DNA from: Squalus acanthias
Taxonomy: Eukaryota
Reading direction: 5' to 3'
Length of the DNA stretch: 64,000 bases
Assembly (NCBI GenBank): GCA_030390025.1
Contig: CM059451.1
Coordinates: 21,204,001-21,268,000 of the forward strand
Shown: piece after piece, positions 12,001 through 27,000 of the stretch
How the letters are laid out: each line of letters starts with the position of its first letter
Position numbering within the stretch: the first letter of the stretch is position 1
Notes under the pieces: generated by a model
The model's database searches: none
Told to the model about the DNA's origin: nothing
The model's input: only the letters and a program-made list of their open reading frames with translations
Position numbers and translations under genes: made by a program

Positions 12001-14999
12001 TATCAGGACAGTGGGAGACATTTCTGTGGATTTTAAATTCTAGGGCATCTAAAGGAAAAGGAACCTCTTGGTAAATTACAACTTAGTCCCTCAATTATAC
12101 CTGAGGAGAAAGCTTGAATGGTTTAATCTTCATCTCCTGAACTTGAGACACTAGTTTTAAAAGGGATCTTGCAATTTTGGCAAGGAAATTCCAATCAGTC
12201 ACTCACTGAGGGGTTCCGGTGGCACTATTACTGTAGTAGCAAAGCTTGTACAATTTCTTGATGTTGGCCCAACCTTCAGGTGCTTCAATGTTCATCTTGT
12301 ATAAAAATGCGGGGTCATTTCTGACTTGGTGCTCCTGGTGTGGAGCCTTGTTTGCTTGTCAGCTGTGGCTCAGTGGGCAGCACTCTCGCCTCGGAGTCAG
12401 AAGGTTGTGGGTTCAAGTCCCACTCCAGAGATTTGAGCACAAAAATCTAGGCTGACACGCCAGTGCAATGCCAAGGTGCCATCTTTCGGATGAGACCCTC
12501 TAAGGTGGACGTAAAAGATCCCATGGCACTATTTCGAAGAAGAGCAGGTGTGCTGGCCAATATTTATCCCTCAATCAACGTAACAAAAACAGATTATCTG
12601 GTCATTATATCATTGCTGTTTGTGGGAGCTTGCTGTGCGCAATTGGCTGCCACGTTTCTTACATTACAACAGTGACTACACTTAGCACTTCATTGGCTGT
12701 AAAGTGCTTTGGGACGTCCTGAGGTCATGAAAGACACTATAGAAATCCAAGTCTTTCTTTTTAAGAACACATATCAAAAGAACTGTATGTGCCCGGATTT
12801 CCAAATATGTACTTTTGGTAGGTGTAGATCCCCACCACGAAGGCAATATCAGGAAAACTACTCCAATGAAGCACGAAAGGGCAGCTGCTTTTATTCTCCT
12901 TTCAGCAAGCTTTTTTTTGGCAGTGGTGGGTGTCATGGCTGTTCCTATAATTGAACCATGTGGTCAAACCAGCAATGATAGTTTATTTCACTCCATGTTG
13001 TACAGAAATGGCATATCCAGAATACATTTCCCAGGATGTGTGTGTATTTTTGTGCTCGACATGAGGGCTATCTGAGCTGGGGAATGAAAATTATAATTCC
13101 ACATTTGGTACGGAGTGTTGTGATTGAGCACACCCAGGCCAGATGCAGAATGAAGTACCCCTTGAGCACCCGTGTGGAGATTTTCCATTGCTCACACCAA
13201 TCCTACTTCTGGTTGTGAAAGCTTAGTGAGACTGCTACCATTTTAGACCTTTTTGTGCTACGAGTCCATATCCGCTGGGGACTAGGTGCACATTGCCTCA
13301 ACCTCCCTTACAACTTTAGGTGGATTGTCATCTCTAAGCCAGGCTGGGGTCTGAGGTGAGCAGGCAGTCTGCTAACCCACTATGTCACTCAGCCTCCATA
13401 AATAAAAAGAATGTTACTGCACTTCAAATCATGTAATTTGATTGCACAAGTCAAATGTCAGCAGAAATTGGACTTGAGGTGCTGCAGACTTCTACAGGCG
13501 CTGGCTATAATATTTCCAGTGGCTCTCTAAACTGCAAGATATTCTAAATCACACATCAGTTTATTGAACACCATACCATGGGATTAAGTGCTATGTTTTG
13601 ACATCAGTTCAATGTTAAATTGTACTAATCTTGTGTGTTGGGCAAATCTTTTTCATTTTCCTAGTTGGGTAACCACAAGACACTTCTTTTATACATATTA
13701 CATGGAAGCAATGTGAATGAATTCAGATTATTCATAATTGCAAACTGTAAAGATCTTCTAAGGGACTTCACTCATTAATAAAACTACCTATAGAATTTAA
13801 TCTCCCCCCTCCGAACAATTGCCTCACTTCTGTTGCGATCAGAAGAGAATTGTTGTAAAAATCCAGTGTATTGTTCACACCTGTGACTTGCATCAAGCGT
13901 TCAGGAAAAGCTTCCTTTTCTCCAATTCTATCCTCAAGGTGTTGGCTCGAGGTTCCATGACTGCCACTATCCTTCTGATAAGTAACTAAGTAGCCCATTC
14001 AAGTGTGAATCTAAGTAGCACTGGGAAGTTGTTTGGCCATAGGGGAGGGAAAAACAATTCTAGCTGACCCTGCCCTGGCGTCGATCCCTTCACTCACACT
14101 TTCCAGCAGGAGTGGGGGGTCCTGTCTGGCTCTTCCTCCTCCACCCCAGACACAGGAGGTGCAATGTAGCACTCCCACCGCTATCCTAGCTAGGTTAACT
14201 AACTCAGCAAAGACGACAACGGATCTCATTTAGGACCTTTTTATTGATTTGTAAGCTGCTGCACCCCAAGCTTTTCAGGTAACTTTTAAAAACATGCAAT
14301 GTGTTTTACAGTGACTAAGTTGAGATGGAGCTGGCTAGTGTTCATTGCTCAGTCCATACCACTTATTTGATTTCTAGATTTCGAGACGATTGCAGAGAAT
14401 ATCACGGTCCATTTAAGATGGGAAATTCCTCAAATTTAATTTTAACCAATTTTGATTGTTTAACATGTGCCTGACTGAGTCTGAAATTGACTAATTTAAT
14501 CTTTCATTTCTTGCTAAACGGCACTGAATTTAGTAAACTTGTGTTGCCAGTATCTTTGCTTGTCATGTTTTGATTTGAATATTTTTATTCTAAAGACAGT
14601 TGATCACTTGGATGTTTTTGTGTCTCGTTTATCATTTTAGAAACAAACAGCTGCCAAAAAGGCCTGCACCCAGCCAGTTCCATTTAACTTTGCAACATCC
14701 AGAGGAGCCAAGTCAACTAGGCTCGTGAGCACAGATCAAACAGTTGGTGAGAATACACTGGCAATATCATGCGTAGTAACCAAGATAGAGTCAGCCGAAT
14801 CCGAGGAAAGTGATCCAGTTGATGCCAAGTGTGCGATGGTAGCTACAGATCAGGCTGCAGTTGAAACAAAACCAATCCAGAACCAAGGCTGTGGGCTAGC
14901 AGCTCACCAAGAGGGCAGAGACTTGGGTCCAAGAGTTGCAACCCTGAAACTTGACCAGAGTGAGGTGGCAAAGAAAGAAAAGCAGTAAGTATAAAATTC

Positions 15000-15063
<64 letters not shown>

Positions 15064-18000
15064 GTCCCCACTTGTAAAAGAATGAAAAGGGCTGATAAAG
15101 TAATCAAAATACAGTTGGATAACCAATCAGAGTTTTGTAAGATTTTTTTTTAATTAATTACATTCACTTTTTTTTAAGTGAGGTTGATGTGTAAAATGAT
15201 GTCAAAGGCTGGTTGGTGATGACATGGCTAGAATGGTTCTGTGATGGTTCTACTTGCCACACAGGCTAGCTGAAATGACACAAAACAAAACCATTTCTGT
15301 GGTTAACATGGCACAAAGTGCCAATTCACAAACCATTAGATCAATATAATTTTGTGAAAATACATATAGTAACTGTCATCCGCTGTAAAAAATCTTAGAG
15401 GCTGATCATGATTGGCGACCATTTCACAGCTTGTCACTTTGTTGCCTGCAGGATTTACATCCAAGTCCAGCATTTCTTTTCTTTATTTATTGACTGTGAA
15501 GCATTAATCAATTGACCTCTTTATTTTTACAAGTGGGCCTGAGCAGATAACTTGTGCACCTATTCCTGAACTAATCGCTGAAGAATGGTGTCCATTGTTT
15601 TCCAATAATTGGGGAGGGGGTGATGTATATATCAAATTTTCTTGACTCTGTTTTAAACAGCCAGCATCATGCATTAATTAAGACCATGTTTACTCAACAC
15701 TGAAATCGTTCTAAATTTCTAGTGCAAACTCTTTCCATCCTCATCTCCCCTAGTTGGTTGGTGTATGAAAAGTATTTTTAGCAGGGTTGAGTCCTCAAAT
15801 CATCAATGGCATTCAATGATCTTGAACTTCTGGTCGGTCTTGTGTCTCCCTTGTGGTTCAGTGCTATGGTGACGATGTAGTTTTACTGTTCTTGTCTGTC
15901 TCTAGCTTTGGTCCTTGGCAGACAAACGCCACTCCAAGTAAAACCAAGAGCTCCTATGTCCAGAATTCAGCACGTGAGATCAAGCCGCCTTCGCCGGCAA
16001 AAGCAAAAATGGAGATCCTACGGAATGAGACCATTAAACCAAATACAGGTACTTGGAGTAAATCCTTCGATGCAATCTTGAAGAGGGCAGAATACACGTG
16101 GTGGCATGTGCATTCAACCTTCTGTTTTAAATGGGTGAATGTACCCATGGGCGCCAGTTGACCTAATTGCCCCAAATATACAAAACCAAAGGCAGTTTGA
16201 CTAAAACATGTGCAGATTGCTGGTCTGTAGCTGTTAAAACATTACCAACAGCTGTGATTTTGGTAATGTGGAGAGAAGAACTATGGAAGGAACTTGCTTT
16301 GCCCTATCTTTGTCTGTGACCACCCCTTAGTCACAAAACACATGTTCAGTAAAAGAGAGAGAAATGACGTCACCATGCTAGCTGCCTTTAGGAAAAGCGG
16401 AACTCCTGCTCTGTGGTAATTCTGTGTCGTTCCCCCCCCCCCCCCCCCTCGCTTGATGGAAGGCGTGGCAATTTGTTCTTTCTGCTTTGCAGGGGAAAAC
16501 GGTGCTCAAGGTTAATGGTGAGTTTAGGCATAAGATCCATTCTTGTGGTAAAGATGGAGCAAGATTCTAAAGTTGTAAGCTGTAAACTAGTATTTGTGTG
16601 TAATTGATTAAAATGCAGGGGGTGTCAACACTTTGGGGGAAATTTTAACCCCCAAAAAATGGGCGGGTTGGGGTCGTGTGGGAGGCTAATGTGTTAAAAA
16701 AACAGAATCCCGACCAGAACCTGCCTCCAACCCGTCCACTTCCAGTTTTAACGGAGGCGGGTCACCCATTTAAATATTATAATGAGGCTGACGTGCCTCA
16801 GATTTAACCAGCATTTCAAATTTGACTGTGGCTGGTCGGGTTTCGCAGGCCTCGGGGGAACCCGCCAGCTAAAGTAAGGATAGGACTGATGGATCCAGGA
16901 GGTAAGTGCCTTTACACTTGCCTCCTGGATCCAGTGTCCCTTTTTCACCCACCCACCATGATTGGAGAACCCCCACACGGCCTCCGATATTTTTTTTTTA
17001 ATTCCCCCCCCCCCCCCCCCCCGGCCGATGTTCCAGCCCCCATCTGATCCCTCCTCTTTGCGGTCTAGTGTCTCAGGCCTACCTGCCTGCAGCCAGCCCG
17101 CCTCTCCATCTGGCTGGCTGTGGGTGGGAAACAGACCTTTGAAATGCAACTCAGGCCCTACCGTTAAATTCGGCAGGGCCTCCCGGGTTTCCCAACCGCT
17201 TCCAACTCGCCTCCTGATTAAAATTCCGGCCTATATTTCAGATCCAGGTCAGAGATTGACTTCAATTGTCAGGTCTATCCCATTTCGAGTCTTTCAGTCT
17301 CATAGAATGCAATGTAGCCTTGGGATCTAGATGACTTGAACATTGTTTGAATCTTGAAATCTGGGTTTAACCTTGTGACTCATTCACTTCAATCTCTTCT
17401 GTATTTCTAATAAATAGTAAAATGTCCCCAAAATGAATGCAGTACTATAGGTTTGGCATATTCACTTGAAAGCTTGGAATTCAAGATGTAATCGGCATGC
17501 TTTGCACAGATAACTAACCAGAGAGAACACAATAAAACCAGTTGTACAGTGAGTAAAGAAATCCGGATAGTAAAAGTTCTCGTGGAGAATTACCATGCCG
17601 TTTTTTGGCAAAATTACAGCGCATAATCGGGGCAAGTAACTTTTTGTGGCAGGAAAATGGGGCAAGAGCTGTTCACGCCAGATTTCCACCTCAAACTTGA
17701 TCTTTTACCCCGCACCCAAATTCCCATGGGCTTTTTGACCCTTCCCACGATTTGCCAGCCAAATCCCAATTGACCTCATTTGCGTATATTATAATGAGCC
17801 ATTGGCACTGCAGCTCCCAGTTTCCTGCTTTTACACTTGTGGTAAGTTAAACCGAGAATTATAAGGCACACCAGTTGACAGTCTGAAGCGAGGAGCTTCT
17901 GAGACTGAAGTGTGTGGAGCGTTTCACTAGCGATTTCTGCAGTTGATAAACACTTTTTTGCACCTTTTTTTGCCATTGTGCTGACACACCTGAACTTGCT

Positions 18001-21000
18001 TCTGATAGGATGAGACCACCAAGAGATTATCAACCCCCTACCCACAGTGAGGGCTTCTCGGGAGCAGATATGGCATATACTTGTATGTCATTATCATGGA
18101 GGAGCAGCACAGGATGGAGCAAAGGAGAGTTGGGCAGCATTTACTGCAAGGGCTATCAGCAATGTTCCCTGTAATTTTTTTGGCGCCGCGTGGTCCCTTT
18201 AAGGGGCTGCGCAGGCCATTCAAAATACCGCGCATGCGCGTTTTTACATTGAAAAGCCGGCTGTGTGGAAACCCTGGAACACTGCACGGCCGCGGTGCTT
18301 AAAGGGAACGTTGGCCATCAGGGCACATCTTGTCACTGAAATCTTCTCTTCTATGTAACACAGTCTATCTTTGACACCAGTGCCATACCTCCTCTTCTCC
18401 CGCGTTCAAATAAAGGGACATTTCCTCAATCCTCTACTCATCCTGCAACGTGACAAAAAATCAGCCCTCTTTGCCCTATGTGACCATGCCAATAATCATC
18501 ACCTATGAATAAGTGCAGCCTTTCCTGTATGTCTAAATTCCATGAATAACAGAAGTGCGACATCAGTGCATGTTCTATTTTATTACAATAAAGCCCAAAG
18601 TGAACAGGAGCCAACCTACTCTTTCTTAGCACTGCTTCCCCTTTCTTTCTCCTATTCTAAGTGCTTCACCTAGGTTCAACCTGAGGGCAGGATCACGAGG
18701 TGGTTGGCTGCTCACCCTCTTCAAAAGAGTCATGGGACTGGGCTGGCCCTCCTTTCATGGCAGCTGACTCCTGGCTGCATCTATGGACCTTATTACTGGG
18801 CAGCCTGGTGTCACCGCTCACGTTCCACTGACCTGCTCTGCGGGAGTGGGGGGTGGGGGGAAGGCCTGGCATGTGCTGCTGTGCCAGTATCGGGTAGGTG
18901 GACTCCAGCTGTCGCCATTCCACTGGGCCCAGGATCTGTGTCCCCACTGATCAGTGGGATGATTGAGTTAATGGCAGCTATCAGATCCTGAAAGCCCTGA
19001 GACAGCAGCCTGCATCGCAGCCGCCATGGTCTGGAAGCCAGTCTGCAGTGTGCTATCTTTTCTCTCCCCTATTGCCACCAGAGCGGCAGTCTGTGTTCCT
19101 GTGGAGGTGGAAGCACCCACTGGTCTCTGGCCACTGTTTAGGTGGGAGTCTGCAGTAGATTGCAGTGAAGCTGCCACACGGTCCATTGGTGCCTGAAATG
19201 AAGACAAAGCTTCCAAGTTATTGCTGCAAATGAGAGCTGTAGACTCGAGTCACACCTGTTTGTGCCGCACATCCTTCGTTACTGACCTTGGAGCCTTCAT
19301 GTAGGTATGGTAGCTGCCGTGGCTCAATGGGCAGCACTCCCGCCTCTGAGTCAAAAGGTTGTGGGTTCAAGTCCCACTCCAGAGACTTGAGCACAAAATC
19401 TAGGCTGATACTCCAGTGTAGTGCTGAGGGAGTGTTGTACTGTCTGAGGTGATGTCTTTTGGTGAGATGTTAAAGCGAGGCCCCGTCTGCCCTCTCAGGT
19501 GGACGTAAAAGAGCCCATGGCACTATTTTGAAGAAGCGCGGGGGAGTTCTTCCCGCTGTCCTGGCCAATATTTATCCCTCAACCAACATCACTTTTATAA
19601 AAAAAAAAATAACATTATCTGGTCATTATCACATTGCTGTTTATGGGACCTTGCTGTGTGCAAATTGGCTGCCGCATTTCTTGCATTGCAACAGTGACTA
19701 CAAAAGTGCTTCATTCATTCACCTCCCTCCAGGTAGCACGACTGCGATTTGTGGCAGGTTTGCTGCCACGGACACCAAGCCGTCTGTGTATCCTGATCTC
19801 AATCTCCTCGGAGGGCTTGCTGGTGAAATTGCGGCATTTTCTTCTCTGCCTGTGTGCCATGCCCTGCTGCTTTGTTTGGCTGCATGTGCCAGATGCTCCC
19901 ATGGTAGACATTCTTGAAAAGTGGCGCAAGAAGATTCATGAGACATGAGTCAAGTGGTCTCTAGGGTCAGATTTTCACAAAGGTGGAGCACCATGTTAGC
20001 TTGGACTTTCTCTGCATTCACAGATGGATGGCAGTTTCCATGTGCAAGCAATGTCCTGTGAACCAAAATGTGCCCAATTCACTGCCATGTATGGGGTATC
20101 ATGTCTTGGCTAACAATGAATCCATAATCACAGTATATTTCTCACTGGAGAATAGGTGGGATGTCCATTGTGTCCTCCCATTACTTCCAAAGGTGGAAAA
20201 TTATATTGACCAATGTGTACAGACTAAAACTATTTTGGATGAAACAATCAGCCTTGGTAGACCCTCCAAAAGAGAGAGTGTGCATGGATGACACAAATTC
20301 CAGTTTGCCCATGGAGTTTGGATGCACTGTCAGGACTAGAGCTTAACCGTCTGAGTTGTGCTATATGCCATTGGACGTCTTTCATGTTCTTTTAAACTTC
20401 TTTTAAACACTTAATAGTTCACAAGATGTAAGAAAGATCTGTTGATATCATCTGGATTCTGCTGTTTCCCACATCCATTTCCCTTTACTGGGGTTTCACA
20501 TTTATTATGGAATTTCTTCTTCTCTCTGAATAGTGAGAGTTTAGGAGCAGCTCCACCATTATCTGTCCAGCTGTTAATATCAACACCCGCAGATTTGTTC
20601 GCAGCAAGGATATTTTGTATGTCTCTTCCCACATGCTGAATCTGCCATTTTGTAACTTCGAATGGGATCAATTTCCATTTTAACTCTAGCTATTTTAAAA
20701 AACTAAAAATCTTCCCATTTCTCACACTGGTCAACTGTAGCTTCATATGTTCAGTAATCCTTTACAATGGAAGCTAATGCACACTGGAATTCTCCCAACA
20801 AAGGGACAAAATGTGTTTCTAACTTTTATATTATGTATATATGTAGGCAGTGAGTTTTAAGGGTTTAATAATTTGATCTTCTTTTGAGCCTCTTGAATTG
20901 CAACATGTAATGTAGTGCTAGTATTCTACATTTTAAAGTGATTTAAAATTGAGAGTAGTGTTTCCATCTGGAGGGATCTAAAATAACTGTTTTTCTGTAC

Positions 21001-24000
21001 AATTGTAGGCAATAGTGACGGAGATTTTGTGGGTAATCCAATGGCACTACAGAGCATCCTATCGAATGCTGGAGTTAATGCTTTTAATATTATCAGTGGC
21101 AAACTCAGCCTGGCACACGGAGTGTCTATGAAAAAGAATATCCAAAATCATGAGCCGCCTAACCTAAATTCAGGTATTTTCCCTATAGTGCATTTTTAAC
21201 AATTTTGAAATGATTTCAAACTGGGAGCATTGTTTAGACTGGAGGCTGTAAAGAGACCATGGCTGTAGGTTTTATTTTATTGTGTGGATTTTCTTGGTGT
21301 AGGTAATAACCATGGTATGGCACTGGGGAATGCCCCATCGACTCTTGATGACGGGAATACTTTCAGCATCCTCTGTGGCAAACCTAGCATGGCAATGCGA
21401 GCCCCTGTGAAGGACAGTGCACTCCATTGCAAGTATCCTGCGCAAAACCCATATGTGGTAGGTCACTTTGAAAAGCATGCAAGAAATATTTGCTGCAAGA
21501 AATCGCACAGCCTATGTTTGTAAGCAATTTAAGTGTTATGTTGGTTGTAGGTCTTTATCACAATTAACGCTTGCAATGATTTGCAAATACTGTCAGAACC
21601 AAGTCTTTTAAAAAAAAAAAAAAAAAAAACCACTTCTCTTTTGAACATTCACATTTTAGACCAGGGCTGCTCAAGTAATTTTATTGCGCAATTTTGGCAG
21701 AGGTGCACAACTGTTCTATATTACACCGTTGTTCAGAGTTCCTAGGCATGCTGATCCTTTCGGCCCATGTACAAGATCCAGGACCAAGCTGTGAAGTGGA
21801 TTTGTGGCAAAAAGGGGAAACTGGTACAAGGAACCAGGGCTCCCTGGAAAGACAGTCAGACTCATGGCAGGCATAACTCTTGCCCCTACATGAGCCTTGT
21901 GCTAAGGTGTTGGTGGATTAGGCCTGGTATACAGCACTGGACTTTGCCACATAGAACCTCGAAGTGGCTAGCACATCACAAGCTGTCGTGCGTCGTTCCT
22001 CCCGCCACAGAGGGAAGATGTCTGTCATATAGCTGATGAGGAAACTCTGAATCTTGGGATGACAGTTGCTGGAAGGCATTACCTAGGAGCTGGTATATTC
22101 AGGGTTCGGTGCCTACCTCGTTTGGGGTTGCAGAGAGGCAAGCACTTGCTCTGTGTCTCCAATTAGTGGAATTACCATTTCCTGGGGTATGAGTTGTCCC
22201 CATGCTGTGTTCAGGGACATGGTGTTAATGTCCACAAATTTTATGGTCCGTTGTGCTGATCAGGAGGAGTTTCTGGTACCTGCCGTCCACCTAGTAAGCT
22301 CCAACCCATACTTGCCACTAAAACAGATTATCTGGTCATTATCACATTGCTTTTTGTTGGGACCTCGCTGTGCGCAAATTGGCTGCCGTGTTTCCTACAT
22401 TACAACCGGGACTACACTTCAAAAGTACTTAATTGGCTGTAAAGCGCTTTAGGACGTCCTGAGATCGTGAAAGGCGCTATATAAATGCAAGTTCTTCTTT
22501 TTGTCGGTGTCTAATGATCAGCTGGCTACTAGAATCCTTGGAAAAAAAATCTGATGCCTGAGCCAGGCAGCTCATATGACTCCAACACATTGGTGATGAT
22601 TGATCAGCCAACTTGGCTCATTGATGAGATCTTTAGGTCTAGACAGCTTGAGGCATAGGATGTCACTGTGGGCTGGTGTTCTTCCCAGTTGGCTCCCGAT
22701 AACTCTGAAAGTGAACAGCTTAACTAGTATGGTGGTCCTGGTTGGATATGCAACGTGAAGCTTTTACTGGTGGTTTGTGCGAGAACGCTGCAGTTTTAGC
22801 TAGCTAAATTCCAGCAGTACCCCACCTAAGCCGTGGCTTTTCCCACCTTTTATTCAAGTTAACTAAGAGGGGTGTGTGCCGAATGGGGGAGGAGAGTGAG
22901 TGATTCATATCCAGCAAATAAACTACTTGTGTGGATTTCTTGGTAGTTTGGAGACTCTTGAGCAAGATGCTGGGTGGGTTTCCAGGCATGTTAGACTCCT
23001 GACTGAACCTCAAAAATCAACTTGTCACAGGAGCATTTAGTAATTGGATAAATGCAATGCTATTACACTTTAGGAGAAGTTCGCAACTTTCTATCTCATT
23101 TAAATTGATATTTAAATGGTCCTGGTATCTCCAGGACTTTGAAAGGAGAAAATAAATTTCATTTACACAGCATCTTTCAGAGTCTCAAGATGTCCCAAGT
23201 CTTTCAGAGCCCATGAGCTACTTCTGAAGTCTAGTTATCATTACATAGGCAAATGTCTCATGAATCATAATCTTCCCTTGCTGATAAGAGCCCAGTGTCA
23301 CTAAGATTTCTGTAAAACATCATGTTGGACGTGTGAAATTTTTGTTCTGTGTCCACTCGAGTTGTGGAAAACATCTAGCATTAGAATTAGTTTTTGTCCT
23401 CCTAAACTTGAGTTGTCTGCAGAAAGCATTTTGAATTATAGAGTGATGGTTACATTTCTAGTCACTAGTGATACAGTGAATTACATTTAACCTAAAATTG
23501 CTCACACTGCTATCAAAATTGTGTGTATGTTCTTTTTTATCTTTTCCTTTAACCTCCACCCCACGTATATTGGTGCTAATATGTCAAATACTGGAGCCCT
23601 ACCTGCATTCTGGACCATTCCGGGAACAGCCCCCAAGCAGTAGTTGTCTGTCTGAACCTGCAGATCCTGCCTTGAGAAGCCAGAATAAAAGATATTTGTA
23701 TGGAGCAAATAAGTGCTGCTGCTGAACTGAAACAAATAATGTACGTTAGTAGACAACAATTTACGTGTGGTCACTGGAAAGGTCTGTGACCAGGTGAGCA
23801 GATCTTGAAGCTGGGATACTTGCATTGACCAAAGCCAAGGATGAGTCGACCACAATTACAGAATCTACCAATTTGAATGTGAAAGTAGTTAAATGTATTT
23901 AAAAACCTATAGTAGATTTTCTAAATTTCAACTGAATGAGGCTAACTATTGACCCAGACAACTATGGGGTTCCCCCAGTGACCTGGCTTGTTGTAATACT

Positions 24001-27000
24001 GAGGTATACAGACCAAAAGACCCCAAGTTTTATTCCTGGTCTGTGCTGAGTTAACCAAGGCTGCAATTGTGATGCTACGAGTGGTCTTGGTGCTCCTGGC
24101 CTAGGGAGGGGAAAAATAAGCTAGAGTTATCCAGTGATTCTTGCTAGAAAGTGAGCACATGTGGATATTTCGTGTTGACAAAATCTTGCTTTGCTGTACT
24201 AGCCCCTATGGTCAAATTGCCTGCCAATGCTCGTCGTCTAGGATCACGTGAGTAGTGACCACTTGGGTAAGGTACCAGAGGGTGGACCAGCATCTGTGGA
24301 GCTGCATCTCGACAGCAGGGGAGAATTATCAAAATAAAAGCACAACCCTGTAGAAAGCCACGTATCTTCCTTAGGATAATCTGCTGCTAGTAATGGGAGG
24401 GCTAAAGAAAGAGATGAGCTTCCAGAATGAGTTCCTGGAGCTCGGGTGGCAAAGACCACATAGCCCAAATTAGAACGGTATCCCAGTTTGTTCCCCTGTT
24501 TTGGATGATGGCATATTCATTTATATGTAGAGACTGAACTGTTGAAATATTGATGCCTACTGTAAGTAGTACAGCATTCTGATCAATTTCCTTTGTTGTG
24601 TAAGCATAATTTACTGCAAATTGTCTGAAAAGCGCTGAACTGGCCTTTGGTGGGCCTCTTATCGCAGTGTAGGGAAAGTAATACAACTCAAACTGCAGAT
24701 CTTGAGGGACCATGTCTCAATGGCTTTCTCCCAATGGACAATAGATGCATTCCAAGCTGCGTGAACTACATTTGAAGAATCCTGTGGGAAAAATCTTGCC
24801 TCATAATTCTGAGATTGTGCAAATTGAGCATCCAAGTAGACCTAATATTCCAGCTAAAACTGTCAAAAACTTTCACCTTGCATGGCCATATTGAAACCTC
24901 TCTGGAGGTCTGGGTTTGGACCCAGGTCCACCCCTCTCAACTCCCATTGTGAGCCAAAATCATTTTTGTCTGACATCTTTGTACTGTAATTTCTAATTTG
25001 AATGTTGGGAGAATCTTGCCTCAACGGAGTGTTTTCTTGAGCCCCCCCCCCCCCCCCCCAAACTCCACATGAGTACTGCAAGGCTTCAAGTGGCAATTGA
25101 CAAACAGAATGTAAGTATGTTCCCCTACTAATAACCCTTTTAATAAACTTGTTACTTTTTTTTTTCCATTTTCCAGTTGGTTTTAAGATTCTTGCAAGAC
25201 ATTCCAACATTGTAGCAGATAAATTCTACAAAGGAGTCTGAAATATTTACTAGACTATTGAGACGCAATTCCTGTTTTTGCACAGCTGTTCATGTTTCAG
25301 TAAGGGTGCCGTGCAGTAACTGCATTGAGCATGCTAGCTGTCTATGGTACCTGCCACCAGTGAAGTTTACAAAAAGTTGAATTTGCCACAAAATTCTATT
25401 TTTCTGGATCCAGTAACTTTTTTTTCTACTGTCAATGTTTTTCTGTAAACGTGGCTGAGAATTTATGTAAGCCACCATCACATTTCCTTGTTTTATTTTC
25501 CCTTTCTTGTAGATGGGAAGGTCATCATACATGCCCTGTAATCGTCCCACTTTACCACTTACCTGGGGCCGTGCCTCCTGCATTGCTAATCTGGGTACCA
25601 AAGGTAAGCTGCTGTTCAGAATTGCTTCATTCCACGTGTAAAACTTGGTACTATGGGTGGGGAATGGCAAGGGAACTTTGGTGAGTGACTTCCCTCATTT
25701 TTCCCACTCTGTTGTATACATGGCCTTATTCTGAACCATATCCTTAGTTTTCTTCTCCCATTTTGTCAACAGTCTTAACTTGTCTATCTGCATAGGAGAA
25801 AGCCTGTGTACCAAACTCATCAGTGCTGTATAAAAATGTAGTTTGTATTCTTAGTTAAATTATTTTTTCAAAAATGACCAATGACACCATCTCATCTTAT
25901 CCTATTTATAAAAATGTCCAAACTCTTCTTTCAAATGGATAGTTTTGATTGTTCCAAGAAGTACACCTATATCGCCACATCAAAAATAATCTGATTCAGT
26001 TAGAGATTACTCTTGGGAGCAATCCAGAAAAAGAGGCATTAGTCGACCAGTGTTCCACACTGAGCCGTGGTTGGAGAGAAGGTGTCGAGGCCTGCATAAT
26101 CTCTGGTCGTGGAACTGCTGCGGTGCGGCCTGATGCTGGGACTGACTTGTGCATCAACGTCCTTGTGTAGATGGTGGTGTCAGTGACTTATGTTACTGTC
26201 TCCAACCTGGTAATTGTAAAGATTCCCATACTGCTCTACACCCAATAGGGGGCAGCTTTGACTGACAAACTTTCCAATTGATGCATCTTTTGCAAATGCA
26301 AGAGATGAGCTGTTGACTGGGGAATCTTCTCAGACTTTCTAAAGGACTCCTTAAGCATTATGTACACTGGCACATTGAGTCTTTAAGAACATGTGTGTAG
26401 TATGCAGATGGCTACTATAGACGTGCTGACTTTCTGATACTGACTCAAGGGGGGGTGATTTTGCCAATGGGGGCGCGTTGGAGGCGGGACTGCTGCTTGT
26501 CGGGTTTTAATCCAGCCTCCATCGACTTGTGGCCAACCCATGCTATTTTCCCTTGATTAACCTTGTTAAGCCCGCCCAGCGGGCTTAGCAGGCCAATTAT
26601 GGGGAAGCCGGTTACAGAGAACGTCAGCGTATGACGTTTCATCTGTCAAAAATTTTTGACAGATGAATTGTCATCGTTTGACAGCTCTGTGAAGCGGTCA
26701 AACACTGGCATTCTCTGTTGTTTGGTGAGTTCTTGTACTCAAGGCTCACCAAACCTATTTTCTGAGCAGAAAGCAGATGGCTGTTGCATCGGAGAATGTA
26801 GCAGCCATTCTGTCATCTCTGCCGTGGAGATGAGGAGCCTCCGGATCCCCAATGATTGAAGCCTGCAGGAAGAAACAAAGGTAAGGAAACTTTTTCTATC
26901 ACTTTTCACTCACCTCACATACTTACCTCTCCACACTTGCACCCATCACTCACCTCCATAGCGCACTTTTGGACCCCGCAGACCCACTGCTCACCTCGCT

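Larger units (their letters stand above)
17580..19930. mobile_element. Decayed PIF/Harbinger element: Myb/SANT-like ORF (-) and possible transposase remnant (+), with nested hAT MITE and Deu-SINE
   Basis: Minus frame [29 protein letters not shown] resembles the Myb_DNA-bind_5 start; 18968-19216 is a coiled-coil-like tail; plus frame ..[14 protein letters not shown] followed by AATAAA. Confidence 0.45.

Noticed and set aside
14725-14870. Internal V(S/A)TDQ repeat in TROAP exon 3
   Set aside because: Two short degenerate copies in a probably disordered region; not significant.
21250-22270. Possible L1/Tx1 RT relics
   Set aside because: Too decayed to assign by eye.
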